Assembly (NCBI GenBank): GCA_000091205.1
Contig: AP006502.2
DNA length: 64,000 nt
From: Cyanidioschyzon merolae
Lineage: Eukaryota
Strand: one strand, 5' to 3'
The position numbers were made by a program, and so were the translations under genes. Below are positions 23,564 through 34,449 of the stretch, one piece after another. Position 1 is the stretch's first letter; the number at the start of each line of letters is the position of its first letter. Under the pieces are notes generated by a model that saw only the letters and a list, made by a program, of their open reading frames with translations, searched no databases and was not told the origin of the DNA.

Positions 23564-24982
23564 ATGGAGGTACAGAGCTGTTCCCTATCACCGAGTCGAC
23601 TACCCCGCGTCGCTGTTGTCGGCTCAGGCGCTATCGGACTCACGCTGTTTGGAAAACTTGTCTCTCTGTACCGAGCTAGTTCCCAGAGCTTCTTCTCAAG
23701 CTTGACGCTCGTTTGTCGTACCGAGGAGAACGCCCGGTGGATCACCAGCCGGGGCGGTATCGCCCTGTATCACGCTTCCAAAACCGAGACACCAGCCACA
23801 TGCGCCTCCGGAGACCTCGAATGGTGTGCGCTGCAACCTCCTGCAGTGAACGTCGTGGATCAACAACGCTTCGCAGAGACTCCAGTGGACCTCGCGCTGG
23901 TCTGCGTAAAGAGTCATCAGGTCGAATCTGTCGCTCCGCTTCTGCGACGCATGTTCGAGCGTCATCGCGAGGCTGGTGTTGTGGTTCCCCTCTGCAACGG
24001 CATCGGGCATGTGGCTCGTTTGGCGACTGCGCTGCCTGCGGATGTCGCTGTGTTACCAGCAGTAACCTACTTGGCAGCGGAGCGGATCGAACGGCATACC
24101 GTTAAGATTCACGGAGCGGGCGCAACCTACGTGCTCGTGAGGGGTAGCTCGCATGCGTCAATGGAGACGCGTCCGAAGCAGGCAATAAACGCCTTCTCTC
24201 GCGAAGCATGCAATGCCGCGAACACGGCAGACCAGACGGAGAGACTGAGAACGCTCCCAGCAAGCGAAGGTGTCGGTGCAACGCGGCTGCCGGCACCAGC
24301 GCCCAACGCTTCCAGTTCGCCAGCGTTACCAGTCGTTACCGGACAAGCAGCGCTTGCGTACCCTGTTGGTACCATGCTGCAGCCGGAGACGCTCCGAGCG
24401 ACCCGGCGGTTCCAGGATGATATGCACTCTGAACCATGGGGCCCTGCACTGCATCTGAGCGCCGCACAGTGCCGCTTACTGGATGAGGATCGCGGCCTCT
24501 GTGCCTGGCTGAATGCCGCTCGACTGGGTCCAGCGCTTGTAACCAATGACGAGCGACCTTTCGTGGAGAAATTGGCGGTGAATTGCGGTGTCAACGCGGT
24601 CGCTACCTTGCTTGGCGTGCGAAACGGTGAGCTGCTGCATCTTCCAGACGCCTGGCAGGTTACCGAGTCCGCTGCAATGGAGGTGGCGACCCTGTTTGGC
24701 CTGCCGCACGCAAGCATCGGGCCACGGCTTCGACAGATTGTCGAAGCGACCTCCGGCAACGTGAACTCGATGCTAAGCGATGTGCTTGCGGGTCGCGTTA
24801 CGGAAGTTGATGCGCTGAACGGCGCTGTGGCTCGACTGTCTATCTCGAGAACGAATCGACCTTCGGTGGTGAACGCGACGCTAGCAGCGCTCGTGCGCGC
24901 TCTGTCTCAGCGTCAGCATCAAGCAGAGTGCTGCATTGCCACGCCACAGCAAACCCATCCTCCCGACACGATTCACAGGTAG
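23564..24982 (+). CDS. 2-dehydropantoate 2-reductase (ketopantoate reductase, ApbA/PanE family) with an internal insertion
   Basis: The N-terminal Rossmann motif is RVAVVGSGAIGLTLFGKL. The C-terminal ApbA domain signature is NSMLSDVLAGRVTEVDALNGAV (compare SMLQD..GR.TEID.LNG). At 472 aa it is longer than typical enzymes of this family (about 300-350 aa). Confidence 0.78.
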   Translation: MEVQSCSLSPSRLPRVAVVGSGAIGLTLFGKLVSLYRASSQSFFSSLTLVCRTEENARWITSRGGIALYHASKTETPATCASGDLEWCALQPPAVNVVDQQRFAETPVDLALVCVKSHQVESVAPLLRRMFERHREAGVVVPLCNGIGHVARLATALPADVAVLPAVTYLAAERIERHTVKIHGAGATYVLVRGSSHASMETRPKQAINAFSREACNAANTADQTERLRTLPASEGVGATRLPAPAPNASSSPALPVVTGQAALAYPVGTMLQPETLRATRRFQDDMHSEPWGPALHLSAAQCRLLDEDRGLCAWLNAARLGPALVTNDERPFVEKLAVNCGVNAVATLLGVRNGELLHLPDAWQVTESAAMEVATLFGLPHASIGPRLRQIVEATSGNVNSMLSDVLAGRVTEVDALNGAVARLSISRTNRPSVVNATLAALVRALSQRQHQAECCIATPQQTHPPDTIHR

Positions 24983-27900
24983 CCCAGCAGCAGCGCATAT
25001 GTACGATAGGAGCGACTTGCGGAGATCCCGTGTGAAACCCCGTATCCAACATCGATACTGGTGCCGGATGCATGCAGGAATATCGCGCTGGTGGACGCAA
25101 CCGCAAATATTGCTTTGTGTGATGTGATGAAAGCGCTCTGTGGGCATTGTGAAGGACGCAGTGCCTCGACTGGATCGGATCCCGAGGAAGCGTACACTGT
25201 TTTCTTTTGGCGGGGCCAATGCCTGACTTGGGTCTGTGGCTCGAAGCGGCAGGGCATCTCGACAGAGCGCATGAGGTAGCCGCTTTCACGCACTGAGACG
25301 CGGGGTCTGCGTCTGGGGCGCGGTGTCGGTTACCCCGTGCCAACGAAGACCCCAGCATCCAGCGATTCGAATCGAGAGGCATCTCAAGCAAAAGACGCAT
25401 TGACGAGAGCGTCGCAAGCAGCGATGCGCCCCAGGGCGTTGGTGTTCAGGCGAATCGTTGTTTGAATCAGCGTCCACTGGATATGTTGTTTGGGGAGAAT
25501 CCAGAAAGCAACCTGGTCTAGACAGAATGTGAATTCAAAGGCAACTGCTGCTGCCGCTGCCGCTGCATATTATCCGCGAAATGCGGCTCGTCGATTGCGC
25601 GATAGAGCGGTCTCGAACTGAGCGGCTTCAAAGCTGTCGCAATGAAGCGTGTCGCAGATATTCGTGATATTGTCAATGGGATTCGCGGATATTCGGCGAC
25701 ATGTCGAAAAAGGCACCTCGCTTGAACAGAACAAAGCCGGGAGTTGAAGACCAAGCGTGGTTCCGGACGGAAGCCTCCACCCGGCTTGGGTTCGTACCGA
25801 GGCAAGCGCAGCAGCCGAGTCTTTCACTCCAGTAGACGCTCGCATACGTTCTCGTCATCATGCAGCGCTATGGATGCATGCAGAAGTGTCGGGCCTCATT
25901 TATTGGCGGCAGAGGCTTCTCTTTACACGCAGTCTGTTCGAATACCTTGTTGGAGCGAGCTCTGATTTCTCCCAGTGGACTTGGATGATCTGAGTACGAC
26001 TCACCATGGGCGATGCCCAGGACGCTCCTTTGTTCTTGCCCGATACTAACGGCCATTTACGAGCACCCTCCCGGGATCCTCAAAAGGGATGAGGGTGTCG
26101 CGGTAAGCTCCGTCGGGCCTGTTGACGCCTCCGTCACCACCGAGAAGACCATTTACGAGAGTACTGCGCTCTTCATGGTGTCAGGAAAGCTCAGCGAGTG
26201 ATCGCAAAGCGAGGCTGACTGCTGCGCTTCATGTGCCTGCAAGCACCGTAGACAGCTGGCCCAGCGCGTTCCCTGCGTATCGAGTCTCTCTGGCAGTCTA
26301 GTCAGACGGTGATGCTCGGCATCCGAACACCAAAGTTCCGGTAGACATGGATGCGTGCTTCTGATGCTGTGCATGCTACAGCGAGTGCCGTTTGTGCTTG
26401 TCCACTGCATCCCGAAACAGATGCGGGAGAATATTGCACCTACCCCACGGAAAAAAAAAGCGAAGCACGTGTCCAGTCCGAGTTCTCTTACCTGCCAGGG
26501 AGCAACGCTATGCAAGCGCTTGTTGCAGCGCAGTTCGAGTTTCTTCGCTTCGTATCGCCCGGAAGCGAACATGCGGCAGCGGTCTCATCGGTAAAGCGTC
26601 TGAAAGTAAACCTGCCTGTGCACTCAATGTGGTTCGATATCGTGTGCAAATGAGGCTGGTCAAGTCGACACTCGGTGTTACGTGACCACGTAACATGCAT
26701 ATGGCCTGCCAGCAGCCACGCAAACCATTTCGTTGCGAGCAAGCAACACTGAGGCCTCTACAAGCGTTCATAGCTCTGTAAGGCAGCGCGCGAGCCCTGT
26801 GTGTCGGCACGTTGGTAGCGATCCCGCGTCTTGCGTTCCGGCCAGCGCTCTCCACGCGGTGGCTGATTCGTCGCTCCTGCAACTCGACAAAGCGCGAGCG
26901 CAGCACGAACGAACAAGTACCTTAAGCGCTGCCGACTGCGAAATACCTCAAAAGCAGTTGCTGCTGTGGTCGTTGTACTCGTGCGAAGAACCCAGAACAA
27001 GCACGTCGACGTTGGACGTCTCTGTCACTGACTCGTAGCTAGAGACTATCGCGACAGGTCGAAATCGCACACATCTTTTGGCGAACGACTTGTTCGGTGG
27101 CCGTGAATCGTAAATTCTTTCGTATAGCTGCCCGCTTTACACCAGATCCACAGACTAGCTGACGTACACGCTGGTGCTGTGTCTGCGCTACCGCGGACAG
27201 CGGCGTGTTCACGCGTGCTGGCAACCCGCTCAAGACGCCGTTGGTGTACAGCAGGTCAAGATCCAACGCTCCCGTCGCGTTCAAGTCTTAGAGTGTCTTC
27301 AGCCGTCAACCAGCAAACAAAACTCTCTAAGACCAGTTTCGCAGCTTGTCGAGGCTGCTTCGAATTCGCACGGAGGCTGCGGTACCACGAGCGCTCATCG
27401 ACATTCAGGCGCCCGTACCCAGCGGGCGGCGTAGGCAGCGCGGATGTCGTCGACGATGGTACTCACTTGTACAGAAATGTTCCGTCTATCAATATCCATC
27501 GCAGTGGGGCAGGCGCTACACCATGCGCTCCACGTGTCCGGCTGCAGCGGGTGAACGCCAATAGCTTGCGCTTGGGCATGTGCCCAGCGGTGGCTACGGA
27601 TAGCGCTGAACGATCCAGGTCAGGCACCGCATCCACCAGACGAGGCTGGCACGAGCTCGGGACCCGGGTACTGGACACCACACGGCTCGGGACGAGCGCG
27701 CAGAGAGCGCTCTGGCGGCCTGGAGCGGGTGCGGCAAGCGAGACGCATGAAAACGTCATGCTTGGGCGCGCATATTCGCCAGCAGAAGGCACGCTCGGCA
27801 TCCGATGGAATGTCTGAACGGACGAGAATCTTCGAACGTAGGCATAGGGTTGGGATTCGTCGAGCCTGGGAGCATGTTGTAGCGCGGTGGACGCTGTCCC

Positions 27901-28255
27901 GAACGCGACGATCCATGACACGATTCTGGGATCCGTGGTCAATGGAAACGTGTCCCCCAACCGAGGCAAAGAAATACGCGCTGGACACGTAGCATCGAAT
28001 CGCCAGTCGAGGGCGTGCGTGTAACAGGTAGACATGTGTCCATAAAATGACAGATATGTACAGATGTCACGTGACGTGACGGGAGGGATCCCCAGCAGCG
28101 CCAGCGGGCTGCCAACGCCGCGTTGCTCCGTCTCGCTTCATTGCGCGGCCTGCGTACCGGAGCGGCGCCCTTCCTGGACCTGCCGCAGTGGACACACCTT
28201 GAAACGCAGGATCCTGTACACTCCGCTCGTTGAGGTCTGCTGTACAGCGCTCAGA

Positions 28256-30280
28256 ATGCAGGCTACGCGGGCTCGAATCGAAGAAAGGCACCGATCTTTC
28301 AAGAAAGCTGTTGATTTGGACGAAGCAAGGCGAAAGCGTGATGAGCACAAGGTGGAAATCCGGAAAACGAAGCGCGAAGAGACGCTGATGAAAAAGCGTC
28401 GTGAGCACCCAGCTGTGCAGGCAACGTCTCGGGCCGGTGCTTCAGTCCCAGGCGACATGGCGGCTGTCCATGACCCGACAGCAGCAGCAGCAGCAGCAGC
28501 TGGAACTGCACGTGCTGCGCCCGCCGTCGGCGAAAACTTGCTATCAGCACCGGTTTCCGGCGAGAAAGCCGCCGGGTCACTGTCGGAGAGCGCTGTACCA
28601 GTAGAGAGCATGCTGGACGCTCCCGGTGAATCGGCCGAAGCGAGCTCCTCTCTGTTAACGACGCGTTCTCGGCAAGAAATCCTGGCAAGCATGCCAGCGC
28701 TCCGAGACACACTCTACCAGGCTGGAGCGAGCCCGGAGCAGCTGTTACGCACTGTCCGCGAGTTTCGCCGTATTCTCTCCATCGAACGAGCTCCACCTAT
28801 TCAAGAAGTCATCGAATGCCAGGGCACCGTCGAGAAACTTGTCGAGTTCTTGAGCTACGACCAGTTTCCGGCGCTTCAGTTCGAGGCGGCATGGGCACTC
28901 ACGAATATAGCCAGTGGGAATACCGAGCAGACCACAGTGGTTGTTCAGGCCGGTGCAGTGCCGCACTTTGTTCGCCTTTTGCGTGCGCCTAATGAGGATG
29001 TTTGTGAGCAGGCTGCATGGGCGCTGGGAAACATCGCCGGAGACTCGGTACAGTATCGTGACTTGGTCCTTGCTCATGGCGCGATGGAACCGCTGCTGCA
29101 GCTTCTCCAGACCCAGCACAAACCAGGCATGCTCCGCAATGCGACGTGGACGTTGAGCAATTTCTGTCGCGGTAAGCCGGCACCAGACATGCCCCTCATT
29201 CTAGCTGCCTTGCCAGTGCTCGCGCAGCTGGCTCAAAGCACAGACGAAGAGGTACTGGTCGACACCTGCTGGGCGTTGTCCTACGTCAGCGATGACAAGA
29301 CCGAGCATAACGCTCAGATCGACGCGCTCATCCGCTCGGGCGTCGTGAAACGGGTCATCGAACTTTTGGGTCACGAGTCCACTGCCATCCAGCAGCCGGC
29401 ATTGCGCACGATCGGCAACATTGTCACGGGTACGGATGAACAAACACAGGTCGTTTTGGATTGCGGGGCGCTCCCGTATCTTCTGCGCTTGCTATCATCC
29501 AGCAAACGACTCATTCGCAAAGAAACGTGCTGGACGATCAGCAATATCACTGCCGGCACGATTGAACAAATTGAATCGGTCATTCAGAGCGGTCTGATAC
29601 CGCCCCTGATCTCCTTACTGGCGAATAGCGACTTTGAGACGCGACGCGAAGCGGCCTGGGCGATCAGCAACGCCACCGCTGGAGGAACCGATGCTCAGAT
29701 ACGAATGCTCGTCCTGCACGGCTGCTTGAAACCGATGTGTGATCTGCTATTCGCGAACGATAGCAAGCTGCTGATTGTCGTTCTCGAAGGCATCGAGAAC
29801 ATTCTCGCATCGGGTGAACGCGAACGGGAACGCCTGCACCAGCCTGCCAATGAATATGCGTCGTTGGTGGAACAGGTCGGTGGCCTCGAGAGAATCGAAA
29901 TGCTGCAGAACCACGTCAACGAGGATATTTACTTCAAGTCGCAACATATTCTTCGGACCTACTTTGATGTTGAGGATGAGGACGAGATTCAGGGGTTGGT
30001 CCCCATGGCCGCCTCAGAGGGTGACGGTTTCGGGTTTGGGATAGAGCGAAACGATGCCTTGGCGCGTTCGGGGTTTCATTTCGGCACGTCGTCGTCGTCG
30101 TTGATGATGACTTCATCGGGTATGATGACCGCGTCCACGAGCGTACCTCATGCGACTCACGAAACCGCGTTCGGTGCTGAGACTGCCTCGCCCCGAACCG
30201 GTCAGGTGTCGTGGCGACCCAGCGACGACACCAATGGCGATGGCGATGACGCAACGAACGGTATGCCCATGGGCTCGTGA
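28256..30280 (+). CDS. Importin subunit alpha (karyopherin alpha). The open frame begins at 28064 but the likely start is the ATG at 28256
   Basis: There is a basic IBB domain (RRHRSFKKAVDLDEARRKRDEHKVEIRKTKREE) followed by ten armadillo repeats with canonical importin-alpha blocks (EAAWALTNIASG, QAAWALGNIAGD, TWTLSNFCRGK, CWALSYVSDD, ALRTIGNIVTG, ETCWTISNITAG, EAAWAISNAT). An in-frame (CAG)n run adds an Ala tract. A C-terminal tail of about 140 aa follows. Confidence 0.95.
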   Translation: MQATRARIEERHRSFKKAVDLDEARRKRDEHKVEIRKTKREETLMKKRREHPAVQATSRAGASVPGDMAAVHDPTAAAAAAAGTARAAPAVGENLLSAPVSGEKAAGSLSESAVPVESMLDAPGESAEASSSLLTTRSRQEILASMPALRDTLYQAGASPEQLLRTVREFRRILSIERAPPIQEVIECQGTVEKLVEFLSYDQFPALQFEAAWALTNIASGNTEQTTVVVQAGAVPHFVRLLRAPNEDVCEQAAWALGNIAGDSVQYRDLVLAHGAMEPLLQLLQTQHKPGMLRNATWTLSNFCRGKPAPDMPLILAALPVLAQLAQSTDEEVLVDTCWALSYVSDDKTEHNAQIDALIRSGVVKRVIELLGHESTAIQQPALRTIGNIVTGTDEQTQVVLDCGALPYLLRLLSSSKRLIRKETCWTISNITAGTIEQIESVIQSGLIPPLISLLANSDFETRREAAWAISNATAGGTDAQIRMLVLHGCLKPMCDLLFANDSKLLIVVLEGIENILASGERERERLHQPANEYASLVEQVGGLERIEMLQNHVNEDIYFKSQHILRTYFDVEDEDEIQGLVPMAASEGDGFGFGIERNDALARSGFHFGTSSSSLMMTSSGMMTASTSVPHATHETAFGAETASPRTGQVSWRPSDDTNGDGDDATNGMPMGS

Positions 30281-30502
30281 GCTGCGCTTGCTTTGCACCC
30301 GCGCAAGCAAGCCAGCGAGCGAGCGAGAATGACTGCTGGATGGCGACATCGGACGCACCACGCGTCGCGTTCAGCATCGAGCGTGGCGAGCGCGAGTGCA
30401 AGCGTGCCGGCATCAGCACGTGTCCATGCTAGCGCGAAGCACAGACAGACGCTGTGCTTGCTGGTGTGCGCGTGGGATGAGGCACTAGGCCTCGGGCAGC
30501 GG

Positions 30503-33500
30503 CTACCGTCGGGATACGTTCGGTGAGGCGTGCGCTGTTGCCGCTGGAGCGCCCTCCACGCGAGATCCAAAGGCATATCGGACGCGTGCGGGCGTACCGG
30601 TGCGCTTTGCTTCATTCGCCTGGCGACGCAGGAGGTCGGCGCGAGTCTCTCGCAAGACAACTCGACGGGCACTCGGTGGAGTCGGCGGGCCAGCGCTTCC
30701 GGTCTTTGACGAACTCGGCAGAGCGGTGACCGCGGAACTGGTTCGTGCGTTGGCGACGGCGACGACGTTCCCGGTGCGCTTGGACGTTGCTTTGGAGGCA
30801 GGCGTATTCGCGATACCAGTCGAAGAGTTGTTGTTGCGCTGCTGCTGCTGCTGCTGCTGATTTGCTGTTGCGAGCGGGGAGCAAAGGCCCCTGGCTAATT
30901 GCCGCTCGGTGACGCTCGTATTGCTTGTGGCGATGCCGGCGTCTGCTGGATTGATGTCGACGGCTGTGTATACCTCAGAGACGCCGTCGACGACGCATGA
31001 CACTGTGGTATCCACGGTGGTGGACGCGTCATTCGCATTGCACCCCTGCAGAGCGTGCAGCGCAGCGGCGCTGTGCCTCGTATTTGTGCCTGGCGGCGAT
31101 GCAGCTGGTGCCAGGCGAGCTGAGCGCCTGCTGTCGCGACGCCCCGCGAAGCAGTTTTCTTTGTCGTCTTCAATGTCGCTGGCGGTGGTGTCATCTGGTG
31201 GCGTCGTTGCCAATGTGCTGCTGTGCGCACGCTGCAGTACCGTACGCTGGTTGGAAACGACCTGAATGCCATTTCGTGTACCAGGCAAAGAACGGATGCT
31301 GGAACAGGTCCCGCGAACCTGAGGCCGCTGCAACTGCTCAATTTGCTTTCGGAGGAGCGCGATTTCATCGTCTCGCGCTCGGATGTCGTCCTGTGCTTTG
31401 GCGACCGCTTTCATATACTTGGCAACTTGGGCGCTTTCCACGTGTTTGCTAGCTCGCGGAAGCTCCACCTTGGCTACGCGCTGTGCGAACATCAGAGAGC
31501 TCAGCGTCTCGGTTTCGTCGGCTGCCGTTGGACTTACGTTCACGAACATGAGGGTTTTGCTGTCGCCGCCGAGCGAGTCTTGCAATAGGTACGTGAGCTT
31601 GCTATTGCGATACGGTACATGTGATTGCTTCGCGAGGAGCGCCATAAATACGTCGCCGAGCGCCGATAAACTCTTGTTGATGTGTTGTGCCTCGCGAAGA
31701 CGATCGCCTTCAGCTTCGCTACGAGAGACGCGTTCGCTACCAGCGAGATCGACGAGGTGCAGTTTGCCTTCGAGCTTATCTCCGGTACTGCGACTGACGG
31801 CCTCGATCATGATGGACACAATGAGGTGGGATCGCGACGAATGAATGTTCATTCGCGTTGCGCCCTGAGAGCGGTTCCGCGTACCCGCCTCGATGACTGA
31901 CCAGACGTGGTCCAGTTGTTCGACGGGGATCCAGATCAAGTCTGGTACATAGGGCTTGCCGTCTGGACCCAGTTTGATCTCGAGGCGGGTCTCTGTCTTG
32001 CCGGATATGAGGTCGCGAAGAGACTCGTTGTAGATCTCCAACATGCTAATTTGAATATGGCATGAAAAGGCAGCACTTCGCTCTTCACAAAGCCGGAAAA
32101 GCTCCGCCAACGCCCGATAATTGACACCCCGTGACTCTGGAGAACCGGACATCGTGTACGTCTTTCCGCTGCCTGTTTGCCCGTAAGCAAAAATGCAAAC
32201 GTTGAAGCCATCTAAGGCGCAGGTGACGAGCGGCGACGTGTCTTCGTAGATCTGCTCCTGAGAGTGCTCTGGACCGAATACGCGATCAAAATCGAAAATC
32301 TTCTGCCGTACAGCGATTTTGTCGTTATCCAGCACGTTGCACACAGTGTGGTCGTTTTCCGTAGGGAGCACGGGACGAACGCGGCAGAAAACTCGAATGT
32401 TGCCGGTAATCTCCTGGACCTGGTTGAAGAGCTTGCGACGCCAGTGGAACTCTTTCCGCCACATGGCCATGCTGTGGTCACGGAGCCGCTGGCACCGCTC
32501 GATTGCTTGAGAGAGCGTCGCGCTCTGGGTGTGAATCATAGACGCAGTCGCGTCGAGAGAGGCGCGAGCTTCCGCTCGTAGCTGCTCCAAAATGGCCTGA
32601 AGCAGCTGCGTTTGCTCCCGGGCATGTCGCAGGCGATGTGCTAAACCTGCGCGATTCAAATCGTGAGCGGGATCCGGTTGCGTGCCTTGGAATGACAGCT
32701 GCGACAGGTTCATCTTTTGCACAGCCAGCGCCGAAACGTTCGCATTCTGGGAGCCTTTGCATTCGGTGTCCAACGATGCTTCCTCGGAAAGCGCCCCAGA
32801 AGGTCTGACGTCAGACCGTGCCTGCAACATACTACGCAGTGTGCTGTTTTCGCGACGCATCTCCTCGAGCTCGTTCCGGATGCGTCGCACTGCAGCCATC
32901 ACACCGTCCTCGGAAGAGCCTAGGATCTTGCTCAAGGGGCTCATGATTCCATTCATGAGATACGAATTCAATACCTTGCGACAGAGCGTTGGAGTATTCC
33001 ACTGGTCGTTCAGACGCACCGTTACATTTGCGTCGCTCTGGTTTTCTGCGATGCGTTCGATGAGCATTTTGCGATTCGGTCCATGCTCCCATATCATGGC
33101 GTTCGTCCGCTGGTTCCGAATAAAGTACTTGTAATCAAAATCACTTGCGGCATCGGGATCTAAGGTGAAACAGTACTCCCAATCACCGTGCCATGAATTC
33201 CGATTGACGCTGCGTCGGCCGGATTCTTTCTGAGCGAGTGCCACGGGCAACACTTTTTCCATGCGTACGGCACGCTCCACGTTCCAGCAACCGAGTTCCG
33301 GGATCGAACCCGAGACATAGATTTCTTCGTGAGCCGGTTCGCTAGGTAGGTGGTGCATGGCGAGTCGAACTTTCACTACTTTGGCGCCACGGTCGTCCAG
33401 TAAAACCTCCGTCGCCATCGCTCGCTGCAATTCGATGAGGTGCTCTGTGTCACGGTTGACCCAGCGATTGACAGAGAACGCCCACTCGGTGCACGCTTCC

Positions 33501-33985
33501 CCTGGACTGCTGCAGATGCTCTCGACGGAAACCCGTTCCAAGAACCAGCCAAGTGCGTCAAGTGCGTCGGTGTCACCGGCTTCGTCCTCCAAACGCAGTA
33601 TTACCTTGTCCAGAGAGCCGATATCTTCTGCGGCAGGCACCGTGAATGACTCAGAACTCGATCTCAGGAGCGGCACGAGTTCGGGCGCCTCGGCGATGGA
33701 GGAGCTCGAGCTTTGTTCGAAACCACCACGAACCAGATGAGCAGACGTGTTCAGTGCAACCTCGGGTAAAGCGTTCAACGAACCAACTAGAGTAATATAC
33801 ACGAAGAAGCGAGCGCCATCTGGAGTTATATCACCGGAGGTCAAGGTTATACGGTACTGCATTTTCGGAAGGGCGCTCGCGTTCACCTGCGAACTACGAG
33901 CACCCTGCGACGCGTCGCTTCCACCGGCCTTGCGACTACGCTTACCCTGCGGTTTCCGTGGCGAACTCGTCTGGTTTTTGGTCAT
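30503..33985 (-). CDS. Kinesin-14 family motor protein with N-terminal PLAT/LH2-like and CBM20-like domains
   Basis: The motor starts with the kinesin-14 neck/motor junction GNIRVFCRVRPV. It has the P-loop FAYGQTGSGKTYTM, switch I SSRSHL and switch II LVDLAGSE. The N-terminus reads YRITLTSGDITPDGARFFVYITLVG...GWFLERVSV, which is PLAT-like. The next segment is EEIYVSGSIPELGCWNVERAVRM...EYCFTL...YKYFIRN...WEHGPNR, which is CBM20-like. Coiled-coil stretches lie between these domains and the motor. The C-terminal tail is low-complexity and includes polyQ from (CTG)n. Confidence 0.93.
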   Translation of the reverse strand: MTKNQTSSPRKPQGKRSRKAGGSDASQGARSSQVNASALPKMQYRITLTSGDITPDGARFFVYITLVGSLNALPEVALNTSAHLVRGGFEQSSSSSIAEAPELVPLLRSSSESFTVPAAEDIGSLDKVILRLEDEAGDTDALDALGWFLERVSVESICSSPGEACTEWAFSVNRWVNRDTEHLIELQRAMATEVLLDDRGAKVVKVRLAMHHLPSEPAHEEIYVSGSIPELGCWNVERAVRMEKVLPVALAQKESGRRSVNRNSWHGDWEYCFTLDPDAASDFDYKYFIRNQRTNAMIWEHGPNRKMLIERIAENQSDANVTVRLNDQWNTPTLCRKVLNSYLMNGIMSPLSKILGSSEDGVMAAVRRIRNELEEMRRENSTLRSMLQARSDVRPSGALSEEASLDTECKGSQNANVSALAVQKMNLSQLSFQGTQPDPAHDLNRAGLAHRLRHAREQTQLLQAILEQLRAEARASLDATASMIHTQSATLSQAIERCQRLRDHSMAMWRKEFHWRRKLFNQVQEITGNIRVFCRVRPVLPTENDHTVCNVLDNDKIAVRQKIFDFDRVFGPEHSQEQIYEDTSPLVTCALDGFNVCIFAYGQTGSGKTYTMSGSPESRGVNYRALAELFRLCEERSAAFSCHIQISMLEIYNESLRDLISGKTETRLEIKLGPDGKPYVPDLIWIPVEQLDHVWSVIEAGTRNRSQGATRMNIHSSRSHLIVSIMIEAVSRSTGDKLEGKLHLVDLAGSERVSRSEAEGDRLREAQHINKSLSALGDVFMALLAKQSHVPYRNSKLTYLLQDSLGGDSKTLMFVNVSPTAADETETLSSLMFAQRVAKVELPRASKHVESAQVAKYMKAVAKAQDDIRARDDEIALLRKQIEQLQRPQVRGTCSSIRSLPGTRNGIQVVSNQRTVLQRAHSSTLATTPPDDTTASDIEDDKENCFAGRRDSRRSARLAPAASPPGTNTRHSAAALHALQGCNANDASTTVDTTVSCVVDGVSEVYTAVDINPADAGIATSNTSVTERQLARGLCSPLATANQQQQQQQRNNNSSTGIANTPASKATSKRTGNVVAVANARTSSAVTALPSSSKTGSAGPPTPPSARRVVLRETRADLLRRQANEAKRTGTPARVRYAFGSRVEGAPAATAHASPNVSRR

Positions 33986-34227
33986 ATATCGGCTAAGCTG
34001 CGTCCAACTTGGTCAGCACGGCTAATAGGTCAACCGCTTCCAGCAGTATACAAAAAAGCGCAGTAGTTTGCGCCTCTGTCGACACGCAATCGTGCTGAAT
34101 CGTTGACACGCACACGAGCACGCATACGATCAATCGCGCCGGTGCGTGCAGCGCTCCCCAATGGGGAATTCGAAATGCAGCGTTACAGCGCAATGCGTTG
34201 CACCGTCGACCGCCGCAGCGATACGTG

Positions 34228-34236
34228 TCCGGATGA

Positions 34237-34267
<31 letters not shown>

Positions 34268-34285
34268 CGCCGCCGCCGCTGCCGT
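34228..34285. repeat. Compound (GCT)n(GCC)n trinucleotide microsatellite
   Basis: A direct read shows gctgctgctgctgctgctgctgctgccgccgccgccgctgcc. Confidence 0.9.
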
Positions 34286-34449
34286 CGTTTCAGATCTCGG
34301 GGCAAGCGCGGCTGCGCTGCACTGCGTGTCTGCGCCGCGTAACGCCTTCGCGATCATCGGCAAACGTCCTTGTAGCGCGCATCCGGATTCCGCTCTGGTG
34401 TACGTCGATGCGCTTTCAACAATCGCTGCCGGCATCCAGTTCACCGGTG

